Shown here: in pieces, positions 49,629 to 60,095 of the stretch
How positions within the stretch are numbered: position 1 is the first letter of the stretch
Layout of the letters: every line of letters begins with the position of its first letter
Assembly: GCA_947629265.1 (NCBI GenBank)
Contig: CANRCZ010000001.1
Span: forward strand, 37,344 to 101,343
Direction: 5' to 3'
Origin: an uncultured Bacilli bacterium
GTDB taxonomy: Bacteria > Bacillota_I > Bacilli_A > RF39 > UBA660
Length of the DNA: 64,000 nucleotides
Notes under the pieces: generated by a model
Told to the model about the DNA's origin: nothing
The model's input: the letters and a program-made list of their open reading frames with translations, nothing else
Databases searched by the model: none
Translations under genes and position numbers: made by a program

Positions 49629-51356
49629 ATGATAAAAAAGATATTAAAATCGGTTCGCGAATATAAATTATTAAGTATTTTAACAGTTGTTTTTATTTCA
49701 TTAGAAGTCATACTAGATGTTTTAATTCCTATTTTAATGACTAAAATTATTGATAATGGAATTAATCAACAAAATCTTAATATTGTATTTTTAATTGGCG
49801 GAATTTTAGTTTTAGTGGCACTTTTTTCTTTACTATTTGGATGGTTTTCTGGAAAATTCGCAGCTATTTCCTCTTCAGGATTTGCCAAAAACTTAAGACA
49901 CGACATGTATTATAAAATACAAGAATATTCTTTTGAAAATATTGAAAAATTTTCCTCTTCTAGTTTAGTTACCCGTCTTACTACAGATGTAAATAATGTA
50001 CAAATGACTTATCAAATGTTAATCCGAATTGCAATTCGTGCCCCAATGATGTTTTTATTTTCTTTACTTATGGTATTTACCATTCATACAGAATTAGCTA
50101 TTATATTTTTAATAGTTGCACCTATTTTGGGATTTTTATTATTCTATATTGCTAATAAAGCTCATCCATTATTTGAAAGAGTTTTCCATACCTATGATGA
50201 TTTAAATAATCGAGTACAAGAAAATGTAAGAGGAATTCGTGTTGTAAAATCTTATGTACAAGAAGATACAGAAATTTCCAAGTTTAAAGCGATTTCTAAT
50301 AAAATTTATCAATATTTTATGAAAGCCGAAAAATTAGTAGCACTCAATACTCCTATCATGCGTTTATGCATTTATTCTTCCATTATTCTTATTTCTTATT
50401 TAGGTTCTAGGTTTGTTATAGAAGGAACACTTAGCACAGGAGAACTAACGGGAGTTATTACTTATGCAGCTCAAATTTTAAATAGCTTAATGATGCTATC
50501 TATGGTCTATGTAACTTGTATTATTTCAATCCCATCTATGGAACGTATCGTCGAAGTACTAGAAGAAAAACCAACGATTCAAAATGTAAAAAAACCTATT
50601 AAAGAAGTAGCGAATGGTGAAATAGAGTTTAATCATATGAGTTTTTCTTATGTCAAAGATAAACCTGTATTAAAAGATATTAATTTAGCGATTAAATCTG
50701 GAGAAATGGTTGGTATCATTGGTGGAATTGGATCCAGTAAAAGTACATTGGTTAATTTAATTCCAAGACTTTATGATGTAACCTCTGGAAATATTAAAGT
50801 TGCAGGAAAAGATGTGCGAGATTATGATATCAACGTTCTTCGTGATTCTGTTGCAGTTGTTCTTCAAAAAAATGTATTATTTAGTGGCACGATAAAAGAA
50901 AATTTACAATGGGGTAAAAAAGATGCAACATTAGAAGAGATAAAACAAGTTTGTGAAATTGCTTGTTGTAATGAATTTATTTCTAAATTTAAAGATGGAT
51001 ATGATACTTATATTGATCAAGGTGGTACTAATGTTAGTGGTGGTCAAAAACAAAGACTATGCATTGCAAGAGCATTATTAAAGTCACCAAAAATTATTAT
51101 TTTGGATGATTCAACCAGTGCCGTAGATACAAAAACAGATGCAATGATTAGAAAATCATTTCGCGAATATATTCCAGAGGTAACCAAAATAATCATCGCT
51201 CAAAGAATTTCTAGTGTAGAAGATTGTGATCGTGTTATTGTTTTAGATAATGGAGAAATTTCAGCTTTTGATACTCCAAAAAACTTATTAAAGCATAATA
51301 AAATTTATCAAGAAGTTTATTATTCTCAAGTAAAAGGAAGTGATTCTGATGAGTAA
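49629..51356 (+). CDS. ABC transporter permease/ATPase (type I exporter half-transporter)
   Basis: Six TM segments plus an NBD with Walker A, signature LSGGQKQR and Walker B ILDD. Confidence 0.85.
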   Translation: MIKKILKSVREYKLLSILTVVFISLEVILDVLIPILMTKIIDNGINQQNLNIVFLIGGILVLVALFSLLFGWFSGKFAAISSSGFAKNLRHDMYYKIQEYSFENIEKFSSSSLVTRLTTDVNNVQMTYQMLIRIAIRAPMMFLFSLLMVFTIHTELAIIFLIVAPILGFLLFYIANKAHPLFERVFHTYDDLNNRVQENVRGIRVVKSYVQEDTEISKFKAISNKIYQYFMKAEKLVALNTPIMRLCIYSSIILISYLGSRFVIEGTLSTGELTGVITYAAQILNSLMMLSMVYVTCIISIPSMERIVEVLEEKPTIQNVKKPIKEVANGEIEFNHMSFSYVKDKPVLKDINLAIKSGEMVGIIGGIGSSKSTLVNLIPRLYDVTSGNIKVAGKDVRDYDINVLRDSVAVVLQKNVLFSGTIKENLQWGKKDATLEEIKQVCEIACCNEFISKFKDGYDTYIDQGGTNVSGGQKQRLCIARALLKSPKIIILDDSTSAVDTKTDAMIRKSFREYIPEVTKIIIAQRISSVEDCDRVIVLDNGEISAFDTPKNLLKHNKIYQEVYYSQVKGSDSDE

Positions 51357-53202
51357 AAGGAGCAAAAAAAATACTCTTCTTCGTTTGTTAAAATATATTG
51401 CTGTAAGATTTAAAAAACAATTAGTGATTATTATTTTAGCGATTATTATTAGTTCAATTTGTCATGTATATGGTCAATTATTTTTACAAACATTAATTGA
51501 TGACTATATTGCTCCGTTAATTGGAAAAGAAAATCCAATTTATACTTCCTTATTTCAAGCGATTGGGTTTATGGGATTTGTTTATGCCATCGGTATTTTT
51601 ACAACATGGTTATACTCACGATTAACAGTAAATGTAAGTCAAGGTGTATTAAAACAAATTCGTGATGATATGTTTGAACACATGGAAACACTACCAATTC
51701 GCTATTTTGATGATAATAATCATGGGGATATTATGAGTTATTATGTTAATGATACAGATGCTTTAAGAGAAATGATTTCTCAAAGTATTCCAAACTGTGT
51801 ATCTAATGCAGTATTAATTTTAGTTGCATTTATTTCTATGTTAACATTAAATGTATATTTAACTATGATGATTGTTGTTAGTGTTAGTATTATGCTAATT
51901 GTAGCAAGGTATATTGCTAAAAAATCAGCGACCTATTTTATTGCAAGACAAAAGACAGTAGCTAAAGTAAATGCTTATATAGAGGAAATGATAGATGGTC
52001 AAAAAGTAATTAAAGTATTTACCCATGAAGAAGAATCAAAGAAAAAGTTTGACAAATTAAATGAAGAATTATATGAAAATACAAAAAACGCTAACATATA
52101 TGCCAATATCATTATGCCAATCATGGGTAATATAGGATATTTAGTGTATGTAGCAATCGCTATTTTAGGTGGATTTCTTGCAATCAAAACAACAACATTA
52201 TCCGTTGGAGCAATTGCATCTTTTCTACTATTAACAAGAGGATTTACAATGCATATTAATCAATTATCCCAACAGTATAATTCAATCGCTTTAGCATTAG
52301 CAGGTGCTGATAGAATTTTTAAATTAATTGATGAAGAAAGTGAAAGAAACGATGGAAAAATTACTTTAGTAAATGCTTTACATGAAGAAGATGGAACCTT
52401 AAAAGAATCAGATATTTATACTGGTATTTGGGCTTGGAAAAATCCAAAAAGTAAGGAATTAATCGAATTAAAAGGAGATATTCGCTTTGATTCAGTTGAT
52501 TTTTCTTATGTAAAAGGTAAAGAAGTATTAAATAATATTAGTTTGTATGCAAAACCTGGTCAAAAAATAGCTTTTGTTGGAGCAACAGGAGCAGGCAAAA
52601 CAACCATCGCTAATTTAATTAATCGGTTCTATGAAATTGAAGCAGGTACTATATTATATGATGGCATTAATATTAAAGATATCAATAAGAATGACTTAAG
52701 AAAGTCACTTGGTATGGTGTTACAAGATGTTAATTTATTTACTGGAACCATCATGGAAAATTTACGATATGGAAGAGCTGATGCTAGTGATAAAGAATGT
52801 ATTGAAGCAGCCAAACTTGCAAATGCAGATAAATTTATTGAAAAATTACCAAACGGTTATGATACAATCATTACCGATAATGGAGATAATTTATCTCAAG
52901 GGCAGCGTCAGTTACTAGCAATAGCAAGATGTGCCGTAAGTAATCCACCCGTTATGATCTTAGATGAAGCGACTTCTAGCATCGATACCCGTACGGAAAA
53001 AGATATTCAAGATGGAATGGATAAATTAATGGAAGGACGAACAGTATTTGTCATTGCCCATAGATTATCAACTATTCGTAATGCTCTAGCAATTATGGTA
53101 TTAGAAAATGGAAGAATTATTGAACGTGGAAATCATGAAGATTTGATGAAAGAGAAAGGAAAATATTACGAGTTATATACTGGTGCTTTTGAACTTGAAT
53201 AG
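51349..53202 (+). CDS. ABC transporter permease/ATPase (partner half-transporter of a heterodimeric exporter)
   Basis: Six TM segments plus an NBD with GATGAGKTT, LSQGQRQ and MILDEATS. Overlaps the upstream stop. Confidence 0.85.
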   Translation: MSKRSKKNTLLRLLKYIAVRFKKQLVIIILAIIISSICHVYGQLFLQTLIDDYIAPLIGKENPIYTSLFQAIGFMGFVYAIGIFTTWLYSRLTVNVSQGVLKQIRDDMFEHMETLPIRYFDDNNHGDIMSYYVNDTDALREMISQSIPNCVSNAVLILVAFISMLTLNVYLTMMIVVSVSIMLIVARYIAKKSATYFIARQKTVAKVNAYIEEMIDGQKVIKVFTHEEESKKKFDKLNEELYENTKNANIYANIIMPIMGNIGYLVYVAIAILGGFLAIKTTTLSVGAIASFLLLTRGFTMHINQLSQQYNSIALALAGADRIFKLIDEESERNDGKITLVNALHEEDGTLKESDIYTGIWAWKNPKSKELIELKGDIRFDSVDFSYVKGKEVLNNISLYAKPGQKIAFVGATGAGKTTIANLINRFYEIEAGTILYDGINIKDINKNDLRKSLGMVLQDVNLFTGTIMENLRYGRADASDKECIEAAKLANADKFIEKLPNGYDTIITDNGDNLSQGQRQLLAIARCAVSNPPVMILDEATSSIDTRTEKDIQDGMDKLMEGRTVFVIAHRLSTIRNALAIMVLENGRIIERGNHEDLMKEKGKYYELYTGAFELE

Positions 53203-53476
53203 ATAACTCGAATTTTTTCTAATTATATATTTTATAAATCAGAAAGAAAGTCATTTTTATTTTAACAAAGATAAAGCTAGCATTTTTAAAATCTTAGCTG
53301 CAGACTGTTACAAATAAAAAAATTTGAAAACAGTCTTTTATTATTTTTCAAAATATAGTATAATGAAGATGCGAGAGAAAATGATCCTTATTTTAACCAA
53401 AAAAGTCATTGATAACTCTCGCTTTTATTGTGAAAAAATGTTATAATAAAAGTGGTTAAAGTAAGGAGTGATAAAA

Positions 53477-53728
53477 ATGTCAATGACTAAAAGACCAATA
53501 AGAAATTATTCATGTGAAATAGTAAATTTAGATAGTATGGTACCAGAAGATCATTTTTTAAGAGTGATAGAAAAACATTTTGATTGGAACTTTGTATATG
53601 ATGAATATAATGATATATATATTTGTCCAAATGAAAAAGACTTAATCCCAACAGGTCGAATAGATAAAAATGGATATATAATTTATAAAGCATGTGAAGA
53701 AGATTGTAAGAATTGTCCATTAGTCTGA
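53477..53728 (+). pseudogene. truncated IS transposase (InsH/DUF4372-type N-terminal domain only), an IS remnant
   Basis: LDSMVPEDHFLRVIE matches the IS5/IS1182-type transposase N-terminal motif. Only 84 codons. Followed immediately by a copy of the sortase 3'-flank repeat. Confidence 0.55.
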
Positions 53729-53846
53729 ATAATTTTGATAAATTCAAAATTATTTTTTTATAAACAATAAAACAAAATATAAATATTGATGATTTATAAT
53801 GATTATCATGGTACAATATAGTTAATATGTGAAAGTGGTGTTATAT

Positions 53847-54668
53847 ATGGAAGAATATCGTTTAATTGAAAAAAGTATAATCAAAAAGTATCGTAAGGAA
53901 ATATGGCATCCTTTTGTTAAAGCAATCGATGAATATCAAATGATTAAAGAAAATGATAAAATCGCCGTATGTATTTCTGGTGGTAAGGATTCTATTTTAT
54001 TAGCAAAATGTATGCAGGAATTACAAAGACATGGTCGTATTCATTTTGATTTAGAGTTTATCGTCATGGACCCAGGTTATAATAAAGAAAATCGTCAGTT
54101 GATCGAGGATAATTGTAAACTTTTAAATATTCCTATTACTATATTTGAAACTGATATTTTTAATAGTGTCTACAATATCGAAAATAATCCATGTTATTTA
54201 TGTGCTAGGATGCGTAGAGGTAATTTATATAGCAAAGCTAAGGAATTAGGATGTAATAAAATAGCACTAGGCCATCATTTTGATGATGTTATTGAAACTA
54301 TTTTGATGAGTTTACTATATAGTGGTGAATTTAAGACGATGATGCCTAAATTACATAGTACTAATTTTGAAAATATGGAATTGATTAGACCATTATATTT
54401 AGTTAGAGAAAAGGATATTATAAGTTTTAAAAATTATAATCATTTAACTTTTTTAAATTGTGCTTGTCGTTTTACAGAAGACGCTAGTAAAAAGGAGGGT
54501 TATTCTAAAAGGCAAGAAATTAAAGAACTTATAAGAGAACTAAAGAAAGTTAATCCATATGTTGAATATAATATATTTAGAAGCGTCGAAAATGTTAATT
54601 TGAATACCTTAATCAGCTATAAAAAAGATAATAATGCAACTAATTTTTTGGATAATTACGAAAAATAA
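53847..54668 (+). CDS. ttcA: PP-loop ATPase, tRNA 2-thiocytidine synthase TtcA family
   Basis: SGGKDS PP-loop. CYLCARMRRG and NCACRF cysteine motifs. Confidence 0.65.
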   Translation: MEEYRLIEKSIIKKYRKEIWHPFVKAIDEYQMIKENDKIAVCISGGKDSILLAKCMQELQRHGRIHFDLEFIVMDPGYNKENRQLIEDNCKLLNIPITIFETDIFNSVYNIENNPCYLCARMRRGNLYSKAKELGCNKIALGHHFDDVIETILMSLLYSGEFKTMMPKLHSTNFENMELIRPLYLVREKDIISFKNYNHLTFLNCACRFTEDASKKEGYSKRQEIKELIRELKKVNPYVEYNIFRSVENVNLNTLISYKKDNNATNFLDNYEK

Positions 54669-54735
54669 ATAAAAAACTATTGCATAACGGTTAAAAATGA
54701 TATATAATTAATTATGTCGAAGCCAATTCGATATG

Positions 54736-54825
54736 TGCCTGAGTGGCGAAATTGGTAGACGCACAGGACTTAAAATCCTGCGGGAGTCAAATCCCGTGCC
54801 GGTTCAAGTCCGGCCTTAGGCACCA
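54736..54825 (+). tRNA. tRNA-Leu (anticodon UAA)
   Basis: GCCTGAGTGGCGAAATTGGTAGACGC 5' end, long variable arm, anticodon loop CTTAAAA, encoded CCA. Confidence 0.8.
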
Positions 54826-54861
54826 ACTTGTAATTAAACTCGAATTTTCGAGTATAAATAT

Positions 54862-54890
54862 AAAAACGACTTGTCAAAAGGTCGTTTTTA
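54862..54890 (+). terminator. rho-independent terminator after tRNA-Leu
   Basis: aaaaacgac ttgtcaaaag gtcgttttt. Confidence 0.65.
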
Positions 54891-55089
54891 TGATATTATG
54901 AATGTGTCTAGGAAACTTGCATAAAATAAAAAAGGGAATATTCAGTTTTTCGAGTTGAATGTCTACCCAATTTATATTGAACTAGACGCTTATTCTAGCG
55001 AATGAGTGTCATTTTTTATAACTACTATCATAATGATAAGGAGAAATAAAATAATTTTAGATAAAATTATATAAATTGTTTAAAAAGTA

Positions 55090-55119
55090 TTGACTTTACT
55101 ATCAATAAGATGTTATAAT
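55090..55119 (+). promoter_or_regulatory. sigma-70-type promoter for the tRNA cluster
   Basis: TTGACT, a 17-18-nt spacer, then TGTTATAAT, about 60 nt upstream of tRNA-Ser. Confidence 0.55.
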
Positions 55120-55176
55120 TTTAATGCGTTTTAGTTAAGGACGCATAATTATATTTGATTTGTATATAATTATTAT

Positions 55177-55267
55177 GGAGAAATACCCAAGTGGTTGAAG
55201 GGTCCGGTCTTGAAAACCGGTAGGTCGGGCGACCGGCGCCTGGGTTCGAATCCCAGTTTCTCCGCCA
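55177..55267 (+). tRNA. tRNA-Ser (anticodon UGA)
   Basis: GGAGAAATACCCAAGTGGTTGAAGGG start, long variable arm, anticodon loop CTTGAAA, CCA end. Confidence 0.8.
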
Positions 55268-55277
55268 TTTATAATAT

Positions 55278-55354
<77 letters not shown>

Positions 55355-55358
55355 ATGT

Positions 55359-55434
55359 GGTCTCGTGGTGTAGCGGTTATCACGTCTGCCTGTCACGCAG
55401 AAGATCGCGAGTTCAATTCTCGTCGAGACCGCCA
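55359..55434 (+). tRNA. tRNA-Asp (anticodon GUC)
   Basis: GGTCTCGTGGTGTAGCGGTTA... with anticodon loop CTGTCAC. Confidence 0.8.
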
Positions 55435-55442
55435 TTTATTTT

Positions 55443-55518
<76 letters not shown>

Positions 55519-55539
55519 TTTATATATATACTTACTTAT

Positions 55540-55616
55540 CGGAAAATGGCTCAACTTGGTAGAGCACTTGGTTTGGGACCAAGGGGTTGCAGGTTCAAAT
55601 CCTGTTTTTCCGACCA
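55540..55616 (+). tRNA. tRNA-Pro (anticodon UGG)
   Basis: CGGAAAATGGCTCAACTTGGTAGAGCA... with anticodon loop TTTGGGA. Confidence 0.8.
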
Positions 55617-55626
55617 GTTAGTTTAT

Positions 55627-55653
55627 TAAACCTTGTTAATTCAAGGTTTTTAT
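55627..55653 (+). terminator. rho-independent terminator after the tRNA cluster
   Basis: aaaccttg ttaattc aaggttttt. Confidence 0.65.
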
Positions 55654-55769
55654 TATGTCATAAACACTTTTAAAATATAACAAAATTATTTATTTTTTAC
55701 CTGAACAATCTTTATTTTTAATTAAAAATAATGTATACTAGTTATATAGAATAGGGGAAGGATGATTAG

Positions 55770-57347
55770 ATGATACTTAAAAGGCCATTTGCATTTTTCA
55801 TTAAACATTTTAGATTAATTCACTTTATACTTGCGATAGTAACAACTTATCTAACTTACAATACAGTTAATATCATAAGTTTCTTTAACGAGTATATGAA
55901 AGCGACAACTGCCTTAGTTGATAAAGATGTAACTCATCAGCTATTTCCAGTCGTCATATTTATTTTTCTATTTATAGCATTAATTACGTCGACTGTTATT
56001 TTAATGCTTATGAAATGGAAAGATAAACCAATTATATTCTATGTAATAAATATCATAAACAACGTCTATACATGGGGTATATATATCTATTCAAGTCAGA
56101 TTGTAAAAACCCTAGAAACTAGTTTTGTCAATCTTCGAACCTTAAAATTGGTTCACGATTTATTAGTTATAGCCTTGATATTTCAAACGGTAAGTATAAT
56201 CATCACCATGATAAGATCCACTGGTTTCGATATTAAAAAATTCAATTTTGATGATGATTTTGATTTAAAAATAGATGAAACCGATAACGAAGAATTTGAA
56301 TTTGATGTAAATGTCGATACTGATGACTTTAAACGTAATTTGAAAAAGAGTATCCGTAATCTAAAGTATGTCTACAAAGAAAATAAATTGTCGATAACCT
56401 TAGCGGCTTTAGTTGTAATGAGTATTATCTTTACCGCTATTTACTTTAATTCAGGCGTTTATAAAAAAATTTACAAAATCGGTGATACCGTAAGAACAAC
56501 TTATTTTAGTTTTGGGGTAATCGATTCATATATAACCAAAGAAGATTATCATAGCAACGTCATAACTGATGATAATTTAGTTGTAGTAAAAGTTAAAGCT
56601 CGAAATATGGCCACCTACGATCTAAAATTAGAAACTGGTAAAATATCATTAACAAATAATAACGTAGCATACTATTCTAATTCCAACTATCAAGGTAAAT
56701 TTAATGACCTTGGAAAAGTCTATGTTAGTGATGAGGTAAGTCAAGATAAATTTACAGAATACTTGTTAGTTTTTGAGGTTCCAACCGAGATATCTAAAGA
56801 TAAACTATATTTAAAATATTATGATAATCGGGATAAAACAGTAACTATCAGGCTTCAACCTAAAGATTTTACTCAAAATGTTAAAACTAAAGACTATAAA
56901 TTAAAAGATAAGGCTGATTTTAAAGATAGCGTCTTAGGTAATACTAGTATGATTATCAACGATATTGAAATTAATAATCGATTTAAAGAGGATTATAAAT
57001 ATTGTGTAACTGATACTGATTGCTATGATTCTTATGAATACATAAATCCTACTGTAGCGGATAATTATCAAAAGAAACTTTTAAAATTAAATGGTGAATT
57101 CACCTTTGATAGTGATTTAAAAATTAATAAAATTTCTTCATTAGGTGACTTTATCGCTAATTATGGTGAAATACGTTATAAGATAAATAATCAAGAGAAC
57201 ACGATGAAAAATTTAAAACAAGTATCACCTAAAAAGGTTAGAACTAATAATACCTATATAGAGGTTTATGATGAAATCGCGAATGCTGATGAAATTACTT
57301 TAGTTATTAAAATTAGAAATAAAGTGTATAATTATAAATTAAGATAA
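55770..57347 (+). CDS. hypothetical polytopic membrane protein with a large extracellular C-terminal region
   Basis: Multiple N-terminal TM segments. No motif recognised. Confidence 0.45.
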   Translation: MILKRPFAFFIKHFRLIHFILAIVTTYLTYNTVNIISFFNEYMKATTALVDKDVTHQLFPVVIFIFLFIALITSTVILMLMKWKDKPIIFYVINIINNVYTWGIYIYSSQIVKTLETSFVNLRTLKLVHDLLVIALIFQTVSIIITMIRSTGFDIKKFNFDDDFDLKIDETDNEEFEFDVNVDTDDFKRNLKKSIRNLKYVYKENKLSITLAALVVMSIIFTAIYFNSGVYKKIYKIGDTVRTTYFSFGVIDSYITKEDYHSNVITDDNLVVVKVKARNMATYDLKLETGKISLTNNNVAYYSNSNYQGKFNDLGKVYVSDEVSQDKFTEYLLVFEVPTEISKDKLYLKYYDNRDKTVTIRLQPKDFTQNVKTKDYKLKDKADFKDSVLGNTSMIINDIEINNRFKEDYKYCVTDTDCYDSYEYINPTVADNYQKKLLKLNGEFTFDSDLKINKISSLGDFIANYGEIRYKINNQENTMKNLKQVSPKKVRTNNTYIEVYDEIANADEITLVIKIRNKVYNYKLR

Positions 57348-57358
57348 GGAGGCTATTT

Positions 57359-57997
57359 ATGAAAAAAATATTGTTAATTGCATTGCTGTTATTATTACCT
57401 TTTAGTGCAAAAGCTAGATGCACAGATGCTGAAAAAATCAAACTTAATAAGTTAGCTTCCAACGTATCCTTTACCTATAATTACACTGAAAAAAATGGTA
57501 AAATAACTTTTGATGTAACTGTTACCAATTTAACTAAAGATTTGATATTATATGATAGAGATAAAGATACTCAACATAATGTTAATGGTGAAATTACTAT
57601 TAAAGGTTATGAACCAGCATCATCCGCTAGCTTTTATGTATTCGCTAAAGATGATACTTGTATTTATTCAGCGATTGCCACTAATACGATCAATTTTCCA
57701 AGTTATAACCCTTATTATAATGATCCTCTATGTAAAGAGGCTCCAAACTACGAATATTGTAAAAAATGGGTAAATAATACCTCTGATTATAATACGTTTA
57801 AAAGTAATATAACTAAGTATATTAAAGATAAAAAAGCAGAAGAGGTAGTAGATAATAAAGAAGAAGAAAATGTTTCAGGAATATTTGATTATGTTTTTGA
57901 ATTTTATGTTAGGTTCTATTTTATAATTTTACCACTTATTATAATAACATGTCTTTCTTTGATTTATTACTTAAATAAAAAGAACAGTTTGATATAA
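57359..57997 (+). CDS. hypothetical secreted protein with a C-terminal TM anchor
   Basis: Signal peptide MKKILLIALLLLLPFSAKA and a C-terminal hydrophobic segment. Confidence 0.45.
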   Translation: MKKILLIALLLLLPFSAKARCTDAEKIKLNKLASNVSFTYNYTEKNGKITFDVTVTNLTKDLILYDRDKDTQHNVNGEITIKGYEPASSASFYVFAKDDTCIYSAIATNTINFPSYNPYYNDPLCKEAPNYEYCKKWVNNTSDYNTFKSNITKYIKDKKAEEVVDNKEEENVSGIFDYVFEFYVRFYFIILPLIIITCLSLIYYLNKKNSLI

Positions 57998-58181
57998 AAA
58001 CACTATAAAAGAATGATTTTTAGTCATTCTTTTTTAATAATGTTGATTAAATTTTATAGATATGTTACCATTTAATTCGGAGGGGTTTATGAAGAAAATT
58101 TAAGACTACCTAATGGTGGTCTTTTATAATAAAAAAACACTAGTTTTTAGTGTTTAAATTTTAACTTTTATATATAATATC

Positions 58182-59198
58182 TTATAATTCCCATTTCATT
58201 ATTGTTTTAAAATCATTAGTTAGATCGTTTTCAAAAGCTTCGTATATATCACTTGTTTGTTTAACGATTATTTTTTCAGATATGATAGTTCGTAAGTAGT
58301 TTATTACATCTTCATTATTTTCAATAAATTCAACTGATTTAGCGAAATCTTCATAACCGCTTCGGCTGTTTCCTAGTAATGTTAAACCTTTTTCTAAGAC
58401 CATTCTAGTGTTGATTTGAACATTGTTTTCACTAACACCAAGTAAGGCGATAGAACCCTCAGGATTAATTAAATCGATTATTTGGTCGATAGCTTTTTCA
58501 CTACCTTTACCACCGACACATTCAAAAGCGTGATCTATTGTTAAATCTTCAGGAATATTATCGATTGTATATGTTTCATCTGCAAATGAGAAATATGATA
58601 GTTTTTGTTCGTTAGTACCAAAGACGATCAATTTGGCATTAGGGAATGTCTTTTTAAGAACTAAGGCCATAACAAATCCTACGTTACCACAACCCCATAC
58701 GCCTAATGTTTGTTTTTTTAGATGACTATATTTATCAAAATGTTCTAAGGCATTCATTGCTACACTCAATAATTCAAGTAGAACAGCTACCTCAGGATCG
58801 GCTTTAAAAGGGATTATTCGATCTTTTTTAATTTTTACAAAACTTTGCATAAAACCATCAAAACCACTAGCTCTGAATTTGCTGCTTCTTAAATAATTTT
58901 CTTTAATGTACTTGTCTTTTTCGATTGGTGTATTAGGTATCATAACGACGTTTGTACCTTTTTTTAATTCACCAGTTGGATCATAAATTACTTTACCGAC
59001 AGCTTCGTGAATTAAAGCCATAGGTAATTTGCGCTTTAACACCTCTTTATCGCGACTACCTGTATAATATCTTTGATCAGCTGCACATATTGATAGATAA
59101 GTTGGTCTTACGATAACACTGTTGTTATCGATCTGTTCATCGATAAAGTCGACTCTAATTTGTTTAGGTGCTATTAGTCGATATGATTGATTAATCAT
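58182..59198 (-). CDS. tarJ: zinc-type alcohol dehydrogenase family, ribitol-5-phosphate 2-dehydrogenase (TarJ-like)
   Basis: MDR/ADH fold with a GxGxxG region (GVWGCGNVG). Overlaps and follows the tarI-like gene. Confidence 0.65.
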   Translation of the reverse strand: MINQSYRLIAPKQIRVDFIDEQIDNNSVIVRPTYLSICAADQRYYTGSRDKEVLKRKLPMALIHEAVGKVIYDPTGELKKGTNVVMIPNTPIEKDKYIKENYLRSSKFRASGFDGFMQSFVKIKKDRIIPFKADPEVAVLLELLSVAMNALEHFDKYSHLKKQTLGVWGCGNVGFVMALVLKKTFPNAKLIVFGTNEQKLSYFSFADETYTIDNIPEDLTIDHAFECVGGKGSEKAIDQIIDLINPEGSIALLGVSENNVQINTRMVLEKGLTLLGNSRSGYEDFAKSVEFIENNEDVINYLRTIISEKIIVKQTSDIYEAFENDLTNDFKTIMKWEL

Positions 59199-59907
59199 TT
59201 TCTTTCCTTTCTGCTAAAATAGCGTTGCTGATTTTTAAATCGTGAAGCGTAGTTATTTTAATATTGTAAATTTCTCCCTCGACAATTTTAACCTCTTTGC
59301 CTTTTAATATGAAAGCTTTACATGCATCTGTCAATATGTTCTTTTCGTCGGTAGTTAAGCTTTCAAACAAAGTCATTAGTTCTTTTAAGTTAAAACTTTG
59401 AGGTGTTTGACCTAAGTACATATTCTTTCTAACTGGTATATTTGATAATACCTTACCATCGGTAGATTCGACGATCGTATCAGTTGCAGGTATGACTGTA
59501 TCGACAGCGATACCTTTTTTTAAAGCTTTAATATTGTCGTCGATAATTCTTTGGGTTACGAAAGGTCTAACTGAATCGTGAGTGATGATTATATCTTTAT
59601 CGTTAATTCCAAATTCTTTTTCGATGAATTTACAACCGTTGATGACCGTTTCTTGACGATTGCTACCGCCCTCGACAACAAAAATATTTGTCGTATCACC
59701 AATATATTTTTTAATTGTATTTCTAGCATGTTCCATCCAAATTTTTGGACAACATAGTATGATTTTATCAATTTGAGAGTTTAGTATAAATTGTTCTATT
59801 GTATGAATAAAGATAGGTTTGCTTCCTAACATTAAAAATTGTTTAGGCATGTCGGTGTTACCCATTCTGGTACCTTTACCACCAGCTAAAATTTCTGCAT
59901 ATATCAT
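59191..59907 (-). CDS. tarI: IspD-family cytidylyltransferase, ribitol-5-phosphate cytidylyltransferase (TarI-like)
   Basis: N-terminal AEILAGGKGTRMG...PKQFL signature. Paired with the TarJ-like ADH. Confidence 0.7.
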   Translation of the reverse strand: MIYAEILAGGKGTRMGNTDMPKQFLMLGSKPIFIHTIEQFILNSQIDKIILCCPKIWMEHARNTIKKYIGDTTNIFVVEGGSNRQETVINGCKFIEKEFGINDKDIIITHDSVRPFVTQRIIDDNIKALKKGIAVDTVIPATDTIVESTDGKVLSNIPVRKNMYLGQTPQSFNLKELMTLFESLTTDEKNILTDACKAFILKGKEVKIVEGEIYNIKITTLHDLKISNAILAERKEND

Positions 59908-60095
59908 ATTTTACCTCCTAGTTATGTATGAATTAATTATACAATAATTTGAAATTTTAAACAACATGTTTAATAAAAGAACTATAAATTGGTTAATATT
60001 AAAAAAATTATATATAATAATAAATATATGATAAATATGGTTTTAATTATGTAAATGTGGTATAATTATTAGTGTGCTAGGAGGAATTAGTAAAA

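Noticed and set aside
54826-55176. Gap between tRNA-Leu and tRNA-Ser, checked for an additional tRNA or an integrated element
   Set aside because: It contains only a terminator and a consensus promoter. No cloverleaf and no integrase is present.
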